Shown: positions 1 to 13,743 of the stretch, piece after piece | How positions within the stretch are numbered: position 1 is the first letter of the stretch | How the letters are laid out: every line of letters begins with the position of its first letter | NCBI GenBank assembly: GCA_004022145.1 | Contig: RCNU01000002.1 | Strand: one strand, 5' to 3' | Length of the DNA: 29,071 nucleotides | DNA from: Paecilomyces variotii | Lineage: Eukaryota | Made by a program: the position numbers and the translations under genes | The notes under the pieces: generated by a model | Told to the model about the DNA's origin: nothing | Seen by the model: only the letters and a program-made list of their open reading frames with translations | Database searches by the model: none

Positions 1-889
1 ACTGTTAAAAGGCCTTAGAAATAAAATACTAAATATAAAAAGATTATTAATATAAGAACTTAAACTAAACTAGTTATTATTAAAATATTAATTAAAATTA
101 TTATTATTATTATTATAAATATAATAATAAAAGATAGTTTTACTATCTCTAGGCTAAATAAAAAATTTCTTTTAATATCTTAAAAGATATATCTTTATTA
201 TTTAAAGGGGCTAATTAAGAATCTAGTACTTTAGTATACTTATATTAATACTAATATTAAATATAACTACTATAATTATAAATATAAGCCTTATATTTTA
301 ATCTTATTAGTTTATAAAAATAAGCTTACTTATTTATAAAGCCTTAGCTAAGAGGCTTATTTCTTAAATAACTATAAGTTTTTTAAAAAGGCCTATAATA
401 AATATAAATCCTTTATAAAAATATATTTATATAAAGCGCTTACTAAGGCGGATATAAATAAGCTTATATCTATTATCTTATTAACCCTATTTTTATATAA
501 GTAGTTTATAATATAGCTTTAATAGAAGTTACTTAAATTATTCTATTTAATAATATTAGATCTATAGTATATATAAAAAATTATATATATTATTTATAAT
601 ATTCCTCCTTTCTTTAATAAAGAGGAAAATAAATCTATATTAATAAGATTCTATAATAATAAAGTAAATAAGTAAAAAGATTAATCTTAAGCCTATATTT
701 TTAATTTTTACTAGGAGTAGCCTAGTTAAAATAAATTTATTTCTAAATAGACTAGCTTCTTATATTCTTATTAAAACTCTTAAACCTTTATAAATAAGTA
801 AATAAAAAAAAAGTAATATAGATTTAATAATAAAATAATTAAATAAAACTTAAAAACCTAATAAGAAAAAAGAGAAATCTTATTAATTT

Positions 890-2212
890 TATTAACCTCT
901 TTTTTTAAAGCTTCTTAAAGCCTTTCTTAAAGAGGTCTTATTAATAGCTTATATTATTACCTTAAATTTAACTAATATATTTTAAGTATATTTAAGGTCC
1001 TTCTTAAGCTATTATAAATTTTTATAATCTAGATAGCTCTTTTATTTAATTAAATATTATTTCTTCCTTTATATTATCTATTTATTTAAAATAGCCTTAA
1101 TCTCTTATTTTAATTTATTATCTACTAAAATCAGGTTTAAATACTTAAGTTTAGCCTTAAATCTCTAATAATAGGGCTCTAATAGAGAGATATAGAAGAT
1201 TAAATATATTCTGCCTAGATTCTTTAAAAGCTTAAGCTAATAGGCTTAAATTTTAATTCTTTCTATAACTTTATAAGATCCTAAGTATTTTATATTTAGT
1301 TTTTTAATTAATTAGTCTATCTTTAAGTTCTTTATTAAAAGGCAGATTTAGTCTCTTACTATATAGAATCTAGGCTTATATTTCTTATTATAATATTTCT
1401 ATTGTATAATAATAGCCTTTTAAAGAAATTCTTCTAATTAAGTATAAATTTTAATAAGTTCCTTTAATTAATTATTAACTACTAATATATTTATTTACTT
1501 TCTAGAGTTATATTTATCTTAATTTTTAAAGTTAAATTTATAAATAATATAAAAAGAACTTATATCTATAAAGGTATAAATTAAATTATTATATATAAAC
1601 TTCGCTATAGTTAATAAGAATGCCTAATTATTTTACTTATAATTTAAGTAAACCTAAAGATAATACTCTAATATTTAATTCTGCCTTTTAGTCTAGCTAT
1701 TAATTTAAAGATAAAATATAATACTTAAAAGTTTAGTAATTTAAATATAGTAATAAAGTTCTATCTAATATTTATTAATAAATAATATATCTTAGTTTAA
1801 TATAATTAACTATAGAGATTTAAAGTAGTTATAAATATAATCTATAATAAGGTTAGCTATTTTATCTGCCTTTAATATTTTATAGATAAAGATATAAAAC
1901 GCTATTTTTAAATAATAATCTATAATTACTAATATTAAATTATAGATAACTTCTTATTTCTCTAATAATAGCAGTCTTACTATAAAATCTATTAAAATAC
2001 TTTATTATAGCTATACTAGAATTAGTAGAGATTTTAGCTCTCTATATAGCCTATATTATAGAATTTAATTTCTTTAGTAGATATTATATATAGATATATA
2101 CTCCTATATATTCTATACTATCTTAGGCTAATTAAATCTTCTTTAAAGCAGCTCTTTAATCTTTTTAATACTTTAATACCCTATATAAAGGTTATTATAA
2201 TATATTTAAAGG
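890..2212 (-). pseudogene. family B pol 3' part: integrase (HHCC zinc finger and core) plus chromodomain, many RIP stops
   Basis: De-RIPed reading HHDDPYAGH..KELLQRRFDWP..CDICQR, SMDFIVGLP, HPQTDGQTERQN, and EWEIEAIL..QYLIKWKGYPDYENSWQPEEDL. Left end approximate. Confidence 0.88.
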
Positions 2213-2466
2213 TATTAAGGTATAGCTTAAAAAGCAGGTTAAAATAAATAGAATAAGGAAGTTAATACTAAGACTAGCTATAAAATCTCTATTTAGCTAA
2301 TTTAGACTAGAATAGGTTATTATAGGTAAGCTTAGTAAATAAGATATAGCTCTAGAAGCTTAAATTTGAATTAAGTTATATGCTAAAGATATTTTTATAA
2401 GGTTATATAATATCTTATATAAGCATTAGCTAATAAATCTCTATTTCTTATACTAGTACTATAATA
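2213..2466 (-). repeat. 3' LTR of family A copy 1
   Basis: Direct repeat of 7903-8156; termini TATTA..TAATA compatible with RIPed TG..CA; adjacent to PPT. Confidence 0.95.
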
Positions 2467-5400
2467 ATACTCTCCTTCTTAGAGTTAAGCTTTATTAAAA
2501 CTATTCTTAGGCTTTAACTTATTTAAATAGCAGTAATAGAAGTTTATAATAATTTCTTAGGCATATTATAGATAATATATAGGCTCTTTAATTAAGTTAT
2601 TATAGTCTAATTACTTAATAATATATTATAATTAAAAGTCTCTATATCTATAATATTCTTATTAGGAGTCTAAGATATCTTTAATAACTTATTTTTTAAG
2701 GCTATTAACTTTAATAGATAATAGTAAAAGTTATCTCTATTTAGATATAGAATCTTTAGTAATAAGATAAAGCAGGCTAATATTAAATATAAGATAAATA
2801 TATATTAAGGCAGGCAGGTTAAGCTAATAGATATATAGGCTAATAACTTTAATAATATAGAATAAGCTAAGATTCTTCTAATTAAGTTTCTTCTAAGGGT
2901 GCTAAGTATAGATATTTTAGATATTTAATTAAATAAACTATTCTATATAATAATAATAGACTAAAATTTAATAATAATTAGTCTACTCTTTATAATAGGC
3001 TTAGATAATATAAATCTAAGTATAGATATAATTTATAATATCTTATATCTTTTTAATAAAGGCTTTAATATCTTTAATAGCAGGCTAGTTTATAGGCTAA
3101 ATAGACTTAAATCCTATATATAGATAGAATCTATAATTAGTAAAAAAGGGTAATATTTTAATAGTCTTAGAATAATAAGAGTTTAATATAAACTTAGTTA
3201 AAAATAGTTAATTAACCTAATTATTTTATAAATAGCTAATATAAGCGCGTAAATATTATTCTAGGATAATATTTATTCTCTTAGTCTAATTATTAATCTT
3301 AGAGTAATAGGTAATAAATAGTAGATTTATAATATCTAAGTATTAAGTTAAATATTTCTAGAAAGCAGTAATAAATTAAGGGCCTTAATTAAATATTATA
3401 GTCTTTAATAGCCTATAGAGCTTCTATATATAGTAGATATATAATTATACTACTCCTTTAATATTATAGATAGCTTAGTAAGGAATAAAGTATTTTATCT
3501 TTATAAGTCGGTCTATAATAACTAATATAGTATTATAACCTTAATAAGGTATAAGTCTAGTAATAAAATCTATTAAGATATCTTATTAAGAGTATTTAGG
3601 GATAGGGAGCTAGTATAAAACTCCTTAATAGCCTTTATTTAAGGGTATAATATAGTAGTAAATATAATAATTTTGTGTTTAATAATCTATATATTAATAT
3701 ATATTTAGCTAGTAATACTCTTATAAGATTAGATTATAAAGCTTATATTTTTTAGGGTATTTAAATATATATTTATTATAGTATTTTTATAATAAGCGGG
3801 CTTTTAGCTTATTATAATTAAGAATATATAGATAGTCTCTATAGTATAAATATCTTTCTCTTTACTAGCAGTTAATTAGTATAATCTTAAGATAATAGTT
3901 AGCTTTATAGTCTAAGGCTTATAAAATAGACTATATTAAGTTATTAAATAAGTAAGCTATATTTAGTAAGTCTTTAATATTAAATAAATACTCTAGTTTA
4001 TTAGGCATAGTAGAGGAATTTAATTAGTCTTATTTAATAGGCAGAGCTATTTTTTTAATAGGCTAAATAGTCTCTTTAATAGATTAAATTATCTCCTTAG
4101 TAGATTAAATAATCTTAATAAACTAATTAAGCGGTAAAGTAAACTAAATAAGTTCTTTAGGCTAAATAAATTAATATCTTAGGGTAAGTTAAGTAAATAT
4201 TCCTATAAATTTAATAAGATTTCTAATCTCTTAAGCTATTAAATTAATAAAGTAGATATATTTTATTATTTAACTTTTAGTAATAGTTTCTAGTTTTAGA
4301 GATCTTTAAATCTATAGGTTAAAATTCTCCTTCTTTAGGACTATCTGGCTCTAATATTATAGCTATTTATTCCCTTTTTTAAAAAAATCTTCTAACCTTC
4401 TAATTAGGGTATTAGGCTTTATTCTTTATTTTTTAGGTTAATATATAATTTAGAAGTTAAACTAAGATAAGAACTTAGATTAATAGGCCTATCGCCGGTT
4501 TAGCAGTTTAATTAATATAAAATATTCTAGATTATAATAATTTATAATAATTTTAATTAATAATAGTATATCTTTAAGCTTAGGGCACTATTTCTTAAAG
4601 TAATAAATAATTACTAGTAGTTTTTTATTATAAATCTTATAATTATACTTTATAATAAAGAGCTTTTTTAAGAAAAATATAATAAGATATAGAATTCCTT
4701 TATTATTATACTAGGATATAACTCTAGCTAATATATAGTTAGATAAGTTAGTTTTAACTATAATCTTATAGGTCTAGTTAAATAGCTTTAGAATTAAGGC
4801 TTAAATAAATATTTTTTTTAGAGCTTTAAAACTAGACTAATAGGCAGGTATTTAATTAAAGAGAACTTCCTTTTAGGTTAAATTTATAAGTAATATAATT
4901 ATCCTAGAAAAGTTATAAATAAATTAATAGTAAAAGTTACTAAACCTAATAAAGGCTTATATATTAATTATATAGGTTAGGGTCTTCTATTTAGCAATTA
5001 TTTTTACCTTATCTAAGTCTATTTTAATATAATCTTAGCTAATAATAATGCCTAAGAACTTAGTCTTAGAGATAATAAACTTATACTTCTAAATCTTTAT
5101 ATATAGGCCTGCTTTATATAGCTTTTATAAAATAGTATAAATATATTAGATATATTTAGAATAAGTTATATTATATACTAGAATATTATTAAGGTATATA
5201 GTATAAAAAACATTAAGATAATCTTATAAGATATTATTAATAAACTGTTAAAATATTGCTAATACTCTTATTAAGTTAAATAATATTATTAGTAATTTAA
5301 ATAGACTAAGTTAAGTATAGAAGATAGTTAGATATTCTTATCTCTTCTTAATATAAAGGTTATTAAATACAGAAATAATATTAATCTTTATAAAATATTT

Positions 5401-7902
5401 TATTTCTTTTAGATTATTTAGGGTCTCCTTAGTTAAAAATAGAGAATATTAGTCCTTAACAATTATTATATTTAGGGCTTAGTAATTTATATAGATCTAT
5501 ATTCCTTTACTAAGCTTCTTAATAAATAGAATTAGAAATATAATAAGTAATAAACTTAGGCAGATAAATCCCTTTCTTAGGTTTTTTTTAATTTATTCCT
5601 TTAAAACCTTTAATTTATCTTAGGATATAATATATAAAGATTTAAAGAGAAGTAACTTCTCCTCTAATAGCTTAATATTATAGTTATAAAAATAATATAA
5701 TAGCAGATACTTAGCCTCTTTAAGAGAAAAAATATTAATATAATCTTTAAACTCTTTAGGCAACAGGTAGGCAAAGTCTTCTTTTTAAACTTATTTAATC
5801 CTTAAAATAGCATTTAGATCCTTTAAGATAATTATAAATATTTAGGCATTTCTTTAAGTATAGGCAGAATAAGTAACTAAAGAAATAAAGACTATATTTC
5901 TCTTTTTTAATCCTCTAGATCTTAGAGGCAAATATTAGAATAAAGCCTTTAAAGGAATATTATATAGGGCAGGTATTTTAATTAGCTTTAAAGGTATATT
6001 ATAATTTTTTTAATAATAATTATTATTAAAAGCAATATTATAGGCGGTAAATTATAGGTACAGGTTATAATACTTTAACTAAGGAAGTTCTAAAATAATA
6101 AGATAATACGCTAATTAAATAATATAGAATTTAGTATCTTTTTTAAAATAATTCTTAATTCTTATATCTATCTAGATATAGCATATAATCTTCTTATTCT
6201 TTAATTTTCTTCTATTAAATATATATAGGATAATTAGGTTTTTTAGGGGGATAAGCTCTAACTTCTAGTCCTTAACCTATTCTTAGTTTATAAATTCTTA
6301 TTCTTTAGCTCTAATATTAAGCAGGGCATAAGTTAATAAGCAGATCTTTTTTTTCTTCTTTTCTAATATTATAGGCAATATTATTAATTTTAATTATTAT
6401 AAATATTCTTTAAAGTTAATTTTATAAATAGTAGCAGTAAAGATTTAAATAATATATAGTTCTTAAGCTTAGCCGTAACTTACTCTAGGCTTACTTCTTT
6501 TATTAAAGGCTAGCTAGAGAATAGACTGCGCAAGTCTAGAAACTAGATTACCTAGGGAGTTTAAGGGCAGGATTTATATATAGCTATAATCTAGATCTTC
6601 TAGCAATTATCTAGGTGCGGGCAATTTCTAATATAATATTCTAGGGAGCTATATTAAAAATAGATATTAGTTTTATAGTATAATAGGTTATACCCTCTTT
6701 TACTTAAGTATCTAGAGATACTTAAGTCTATTAGATTATATAGCTATATTAGGGCTAATTTACTTTTTTATATAAGGCTTCTCTAAGGCTAGCTATTATA
6801 TCTTATAGCTAGGGTAAGACTTAAAATAAATAAAAAAGATTAAATATATTAAGCGAGTCTTAAAATAGCAGTATAAATCTTTATAATAAAGGGCTAGTTT
6901 ATAATATACTAATAGTAATAATTCTTAAGGTCTTATAAAAACTTAGCAAATTAATAATACTTATAACTTAGAGGCTAGCTATATAATAATATTCTTTAGA
7001 ATTCTTAGCTAATAGCTTACTCTAATAGGGTAAATAATATTCTCTTAAATATTTCTTCTTTTAATATTAGGCGCTAAAACTTAATAAAAAAAATTCTAAA
7101 TTTCTTATTAATCTAATAGAGGTTAAATAATTTATTATATATATTATTTATATAATTAAGATTATTAAATATATACTCTAAAATATCTAAAATCTTTTAG
7201 TAATTGCTAAAAATATAGGTCTTATCTCTAATATATAGCAATACTTAGGTATAGGGTATATCTTTTAAATAATTAATTATATAGGCTATATAACTCTAAA
7301 GGGTTAAGAATTAGTCTTAGTTAATTATTATCTTCCCCTAAATCTAGGCTATAAAGCGCTAAAGGTCCTTTTAGTCGCCTTTAAACTTATTAGGGTTAAA
7401 AAGTTTTTCTAAAAATCTAGAGGCGGAGAAAGATATAATAATAGATATTTTAAATATTCTTATTAAAGCAGCTATAGGCCTCTTAATACTAAGCTTAAAT
7501 TTAAGTATAAATAGAGATATATTTATAATAGGTATAACTATATAATAGGCCTAATCCCTTTTAAGAATAGCTTAAATATATTACTATTTTTTTTCTTAAA
7601 GCTAAGTCTTCTAATATTATTAAATAGCCTTAAGTTTAATAACTTTTTATTTAAATCTCTATTAAATAGCGGTAAATTCTTATTAAAGCTCTTAAAAATA
7701 TGCCTTAATTTAATAATTTATCTTATTTACGGCAGTCTTAGCTTTATTAATATATTTATATACTAGGCGATAGTAATTATACTATTCCGGCCTATAGCTA
7801 GTAATAATATACTTAATAAACTCTTCTAGAATTATTAGCAAGAATAGAGAAATTAAAGCAGGTATTATTAATAATATTAATTCCTAAATAAAAGCTATAT
7901 AA

Positions 7903-8156
7903 TATTAAGATATAGCTCAGGAAGTAAGTTAGAATAAATAGAATAAAGAAGTTAATACTAAGACTAGCTATAGGATCTCTATCTAGTTAATTTAAACTAA
8001 AATAGGCTATTACAGGCAGGCTTAATAAATAAGATATAGCTCTAGGAGCTTAAATTCGGATTAAGTTATACGCTAAAGATATCTTTACAAGGTTATATAA
8101 TACCTTATATAAGCATTAGCCGGTAGATCTCTATCTCCTATACTAGTACTATAATA
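7903..8156 (-). repeat. 5' LTR of family A copy 1
   Basis: Direct repeat of 2213-2466; gag start relic (ATA from ATG) at 7865 just inside. Confidence 0.95.
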
Positions 8157-11100
8157 AAAGAAGCTTTTATTTTATAGCAGGTATATTTAATATAAATATA
8201 GTATTATTCTTCTATAATAATCCTTTACTATTTATTCTTTATATTATTTTTAAACTATCTTTAGAAATATATATTTTTAATTCTTTAGTTTTCTCTAAAA
8301 TAAAAGTATCCCTTGCTTAAAGCTATTTTAATATAAAAAGTAAGCTAAGGGTTATAGTATCTTAAATAAACTCTTCTCTAATTACCTTAATAATTAATAT
8401 TCTTTATATTAAATATTCTAGACTATTTATACTATCTGTTTTAATAGATTTACGCTCTAAACTACTTTCTTATATATACTTATCTTAAGCTTTATACTAG
8501 AGCTTTTTTTAAAGGGTTAAAAGTAATCCTATCTAGGATTTAGATTTAGATAATTTAAAATCTGCCCTTTTAAATAAAGTATCTATAGTATTAAGCTATC
8601 TTAGCTTATATTTAATTTAAAAGTTATATACTACTAATAGTTCTACTTATTAAGCTTATTTATTATTTAATATTTTTATAATAAAGAAATAGCATAAGTT
8701 TATATAATTACTCTATATTTATATAAGATACTTACTATCTTTTAAATAATAATACTAATATTTAAAAGTATTAATAATAGCTAGAAGTTCTTAATTATAA
8801 ATCTTATAATATACCTCTATTTTAGTAAACTTCTAGGCATAATATATTATAAGATATTAATTCTTAAATATAGTTTATTAATTTATCTAAGTTTTAATTC
8901 TTAAACCTATCTTTAATTTAGCGCCTAGAGCTATTTTATTACTATTTCCTTAAAGGAATATAATAATAAAAGTAAATCCTAAGGCATTAATTACTAATAT
9001 TATTAGCTTCTTTAAATTAAAGTACTTTAGTACTAGTAGAATTATAAAAGCTAATTTTAACTTATTAAATACTTTTGCAGCTTTTTTAGTTTAAATAAAT
9101 ATTTTAATCTTCTTTCCCTAGATACTTCCTTTTAATAGACTAGTTAAAAGAGCTATTTTTATAAAGTAATTATAAATAAATCTTCTAAAAAATCTAGTAA
9201 ATCTTAAAAAGATTTAAACTTTTTTAAAAGATTTAGGCTTTAGCTAATCTTTAATAGTTTTTATTCTATTAAGATCTATTTTTATTCTATCTTTTCCTAT
9301 AAAGAAGCTAAGGAATTTAACCCTTTTTTTATAGAATTTATATTTAAATAACTTTATATATAATTTATATTTTTATAATCTCTTTAAAACCTGCACTATA
9401 TATCTTTTATACTTCTTAATAAAGTTAGAGAAAATTAAAATATTATCTAAATATATAATATAATAGATATTTAATAACCCCTGCAATACTTAATTAATAT
9501 AGGCTTAAAAAATAGTAAAAGTATTGCATAAACTAAATAATATAATTAAATATTTAAAATGCCTATAATAGGTTTAAAAGGCTATCTTTTATTTATCTCT
9601 ATAATAAATTCTAATCTAATAATAAGTATTCCTAAGATTAAGCTTAATAAAGATCTTAGAGCTAATTAATTAGTTAAGTATTTTATTTATTTTAGATAAA
9701 AGATATTTATTCTTTATAATAATATTATTTAAGGCTTAATAATTAATATAGAGCCTTAGTATATTATTTGCCTTAAGAATAAATAGAATAGATACCCTTA
9801 TAAAACTTATTAATAGTTATATTTATTCTTTTTATTATATATCTTTAAAATATTTATATAAAATATTAAGTTCTTTAGTAAAAAGATTATAAAATTTCTT
9901 CTATAAAGGCGCTATATTATTTAGGAGTTTAATCTTATATTTACTTATCTTAGCAGATAATATATTTACTCTTTTCTTTAAAAAGACCTTTATATACTTC
10001 TTATATTTTAGAAATAAATTCTTTAAAATAATAAGATTAATTTAATCTTTATAGAGTATATAAATTATCTCTTCTCTTACTATTTTAAAAAATTATTAAA
10101 TATTTTTAATCTTTACCTATAGCTATTATAAAATATAATATCTTTAAATTATTAATTCTTAATTTATAATAGGATTTATAATATATAGCTATAGTTTCTT
10201 AAGGATAATAGATAATCTAAATATTAAGATAATATAAAAGCATATATTTACTTTTTTTATAATTCTTTTAAAGTTAATAATATAGATCTTTACTTTAAAA
10301 AATCTATATTTCTAAATCTTATACCTATTAATAGATTTAAAGTTTATATATTGCTAAAAATCTAAGAAAATTCTATATTATATAGCTATATCTAAGCTAA
10401 TATAGTATTAAGCTAAACCTAAATTAATAAAAGCCTTATCTTTAAATATATTATTTAATAAATAGAGTTATACTAAAATATATAAAGACTTTTTATCTAT
10501 TTTAAACTCTTTATTATAAAAAGCTATAATAATCTTAGGCTTTTTTCTTTTAAAAGAATCTTTCTTTTTTAGGCATAATTTAAATCCTTATATATAATTT
10601 TTTTTACTATAATTAAAGTAATAGCTTTCTTTTTTAAACTAGTTTTATTCTATTAATAATTTAAACTTCTTTTTTTAAGATTTATTTATCCTCTTATATT
10701 AATTATTAATCTTCTTTCTCTTTTATCTTAAAATAAAGTTTTTTAATATACTCTATATTAATCTACTCGCGTTTAATATAATAGGAAGGTTTAAGAATTT
10801 ATTCTTCTTTTAGTTTATTTCCTAATTAATAGCTAAAAACACTAATTAATTAAGATTAGTTAAAAGATCTTAATAATTTAATAAACCTATTTAAACTTTA
10901 AGTTATAGTTTCGCATAGAAAATATAAAACTAAATAATCCTATTATTATTAAATTCTTTATCCTAGTTTAACTTTATATAAGCTTATTTAAAATAATATA
11001 GAAAAGCTCTAGTAATTTAATTTAAATATTAAATTAAGGTATAAAAGTAATTTATTATATTCTATTCTTAATAATATAAATTATTAAGTAAGTTTAATAA

Positions 11101-11600
11101 TTAACCTTTAAAACTACTCTAGGTTAATATCTAGAAGTTAGGATTCTCTTACTAATAGATTTAAAATTAAGTTAATTCTTTATTTAGTAAGGCTATAATA
11201 TAAATAATTTTCTTATTTTCTATCTTAAATAATAAAGTATTATAGGCTAAATATTTATTTATATACTAGTACTATTAGTAATAAGCATTAAATATAATAG
11301 CTTTATACCTCTGCGGTTTAAGTAGCTTAAGCCTTAATTACTTATTAATATAAATAGCAGTAAAGAGCTATAAAAGGTCTCTCTTTATTAATAAATTATT
11401 TTTTATTTAGGATTAATCTCTCTTTAAGCCTATTAAAATATCTTTTAAGATTTATAAGCTAGCTTTAGTAATTAGTTACTATAAGCTAAGTTTAATAATT
11501 TCTAAACCCTTTAAAATATATACTATAGGCTAAAAGCTAAGACTCTTATTCTTTAAATTATAGGATATATTAGTATAGCTACTTATATTACTAGATTAAA
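8157..11600 (-). pseudogene. family B gag-protease-RT-RNase H relic
   Basis: De-RIPed [58 protein letters not shown] at ~9600-9428; Zn-knuckle and protease motifs lie in one frame. Upstream limit approximate. Confidence 0.88.
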
Positions 11601-12326
11601 TAATCTAAACTATAAAAAATAGGGGTTCTTAAAGGTTACTAATAAATTACTTTATTAGCAATTATAATAAAAGAGGTAATAGCTTTATATACTTAGCTTA
11701 AAAAAGGATCTACTAGTAAAATAAAGGGTTAACTATTATAATAAAGAGTTTAATTAGTATAAAGAATAGTTTATGCTAGAAAAGTCTAGTAATAAAGAGT
11801 TTATATAAATAAGGAAATAATAAGGTATATATTATATTAGAATAAATCGCTAGCTTTTAGTAAGATAATAATCTAAAGCTTATTTATATTCTAAATCTTA
11901 AGTACTTCTTAGCTTTATCTTATATAAATCCTAAAAGCGGGGAAAGTAAGGTTTAACTAATTACCTTAGTATTATATTTAGATTTAGGGCTTTACTGCAG
12001 TCCTATAAGCTTATACTCTAGCAGAGAGCTAAGGGTATAATAGATAGCTATTATTTATAAGAATAGAGAATTTATATTTAGAAGAATTCTCAGTAAGAAG
12101 ATTATATTATAAGAATATTAAGGTCTATAGGACTTACTTACGTCTATAAATTTTAAGATAAGTTTATAGATTATACCTTAGTCTTATTATATAGTAATTT
12201 AAGTTATAGCTATAGCAGCTACTCTTAAGCAAGACTTTTACAGATAGAAATAGTATATTATTTTAAACATAATTATTAATATATTAAATCCGAAGTACTA
12301 AAGCAGAGTTATATTTAAACTACTTA

Positions 12327-13115
12327 TAGTTCTATATAAAAAGTTTTCGATACTATAAAGAAATAACTATATAATATATTTATTTTTAATAGCACTAATA
12401 ATAGAGATATACTTAAAATAAAATAAGGAAATAAATATTTATTATATTAATATTTATAAAAAAATATAATAAAAATTATTTATATAAGCTTTTATATATT
12501 TTCTATAGTTTAAAATATATTACTTTATATTAAATTTTATATTTTTTAAAACTTAAATAAAATTTTTTTAAATAACTTTTATAAAAAAATTTATATATAA
12601 AAATTAAATATTTAGTCTTATTTTATAAATATAATCAATAAAATATTATATATTATATATAATTTTATCGAGAAAAACTTAATTAAAAAGGTTAAGTTTT
12701 CTATATTTTTAGCTATTTTTACTACTTTTTTATAAAAGTAGCTAATTTTAAATAGATTTTATTTAATAAATTTATATATAAAGCCTATTATATTATTAAA
12801 TATATATAAAATATAAGATAAAAGCTTTAATTTTTATATATAAATTTTTTTAAAAAAGGTTAGTATTTATATAATAGGTAAGGGCTAAAATATATATAAC
12901 TATACCTTTTTTAAGGATAAACTTTAAACTTATATAATATAAGAACCTCTTAATTTAAAATTTTAAAAAAATACATTATATACTTTAATCAATATATAAT
13001 ATAATACTATTTTACAGGAGATTCTATTTAATTTTATTGTGGTTAGTAAGGCTTAAAAACACCTAGATTTTTGGTGGTGCGAAAAAAAATCACGAATACT
13101 TAATTAGCGCGACTG
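12327..13115. mobile_element. putative non-autonomous Tc1/mariner-like (MITE-like) palindromic element
   Basis: TA on both sides; ends read TA-TAGTTCTATATAAAAAGTTTTCG (left) and TA-CAGTCGCGCTAATTAAGTATTCG (right, reverse complement); perfect internal 27-nt inverted repeat 12582-12608 / 12826-12852 centred at 12717, near the element midpoint 12721. TIRs imperfect, no transposase. Confidence 0.5.
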
Positions 13116-13743
13116 TAGCCTGTACATTTACACTGCTTGCTTAACTAGTTCGAGGGAGGACTTCATCCCACGTTTATCTCCTAATCATATAAAAAGCCTA
13201 CATTCCATCTATAACAGGACTTGATGAAAACGGATAATATGACAGGTAGCCTGAACATACGATTTGTGTGGCGACAAAATGATTCAATAGGACACTTCAT
13301 CGTCTCTAACAATCCCGCCTTAATACGTCTCAGGACCTCAGCAACCCGTTCAGTATTGCTTAATATGACATCGGCAATACCGCTTCTAACGGAACGGCCG
13401 GCGCGAAAAGATATGGACTGTTCTTCCGTGCCATGATATGATGTATACTGAATGCCTATAGTTTATAGGTTGATTTGCTCGATACCTGGGCAAGGATCCT
13501 GCTCAGTCTACTTTAGAGCGTTCGAATTCCAGGCGGAACTGGTGACTAAATCATGGCATTCGAACGGCACGATCCAATATTCCTGATATCATGATATCTA
13601 GTGTTATTTTTATAAGGATTTGTACTTCTGCAACTTATCCATTCATCCAGGAAGGTTTCTGTTCGATTTTACTACCCCGATTCTTGTGAATACTAGACAC
13701 TATCAACTCCTATGATTCTATCTGCTATCTGTACATATCCAGT

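Larger units (their letters stand above)
2213..8156 (-). mobile_element. Ty3/gypsy chromovirus family A, full length (5944 bp), RIP-inactivated, copy 1
   Basis: Matching 254-bp LTRs at both ends; flanks AAAGG (2208-2212) and AAAGA (8157-8161) form a 5-bp target duplication with one G>A; matches the reverse complement of 22561-28506 wherever compared (LTRs, gag start, RT, linker); RT IYLNNILVY at ~5175-5200; PPT complement ATACTCTCCTTC next to the left LTR. Confidence 0.95.
602..11630 (-). mobile_element. Ty3/gypsy chromovirus family B, RIP-inactivated, interrupted by family A copy at 2213-8156; outer limits approximate, LTR pair not found
   Basis: Minus-strand order gag Zn-knuckle relic (YFNYSKKNY = CFNCGKKxH, ~10590-10620), protease (AFINLGLA = AFIDSGSA, ~10410-10435), RT (IIYLDNILIFS, YLDN at 9453-9442), RNase H (LVINALGF ~8975-9000; YKIYN*ELLAI ~8775-8810), integrase (ILIDFIV ~1980-2000; LSIIFYL*INS*TKRQN = LSTAFHPQTDGQTERQN ~1680-1730), chromodomain (~975-1120), polypurine tract AAAGAAAGGAGGAA at 615-602. 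Confidence 0.9.
1..13115. other. AT-rich RIP-degenerated repeat block (left)
   Basis: Very low GC; CpA/TpG and CpG almost absent, TpA everywhere; no ORF in the supplied track although retroelement motifs stay readable after reverting C>T/G>A. Confidence 0.95.

Noticed and set aside
12049..12060. End of family B 5' LTR (TATTATTTATAA shared with 588-599)
   Set aside because: Only 12 A/T bases match and the flanks do not align.
1..13100. Mitochondrial DNA, AT-rich organism or alternative genetic code
   Set aside because: Stops fall at positions expected for Trp/Gln/Arg in retroelement motifs and LTR differences are all transitions, which RIP explains.
13221..13436. 71-aa ORF
   Set aside because: Starts at TTG, no recognisable motif, lies in the HPP upstream region.
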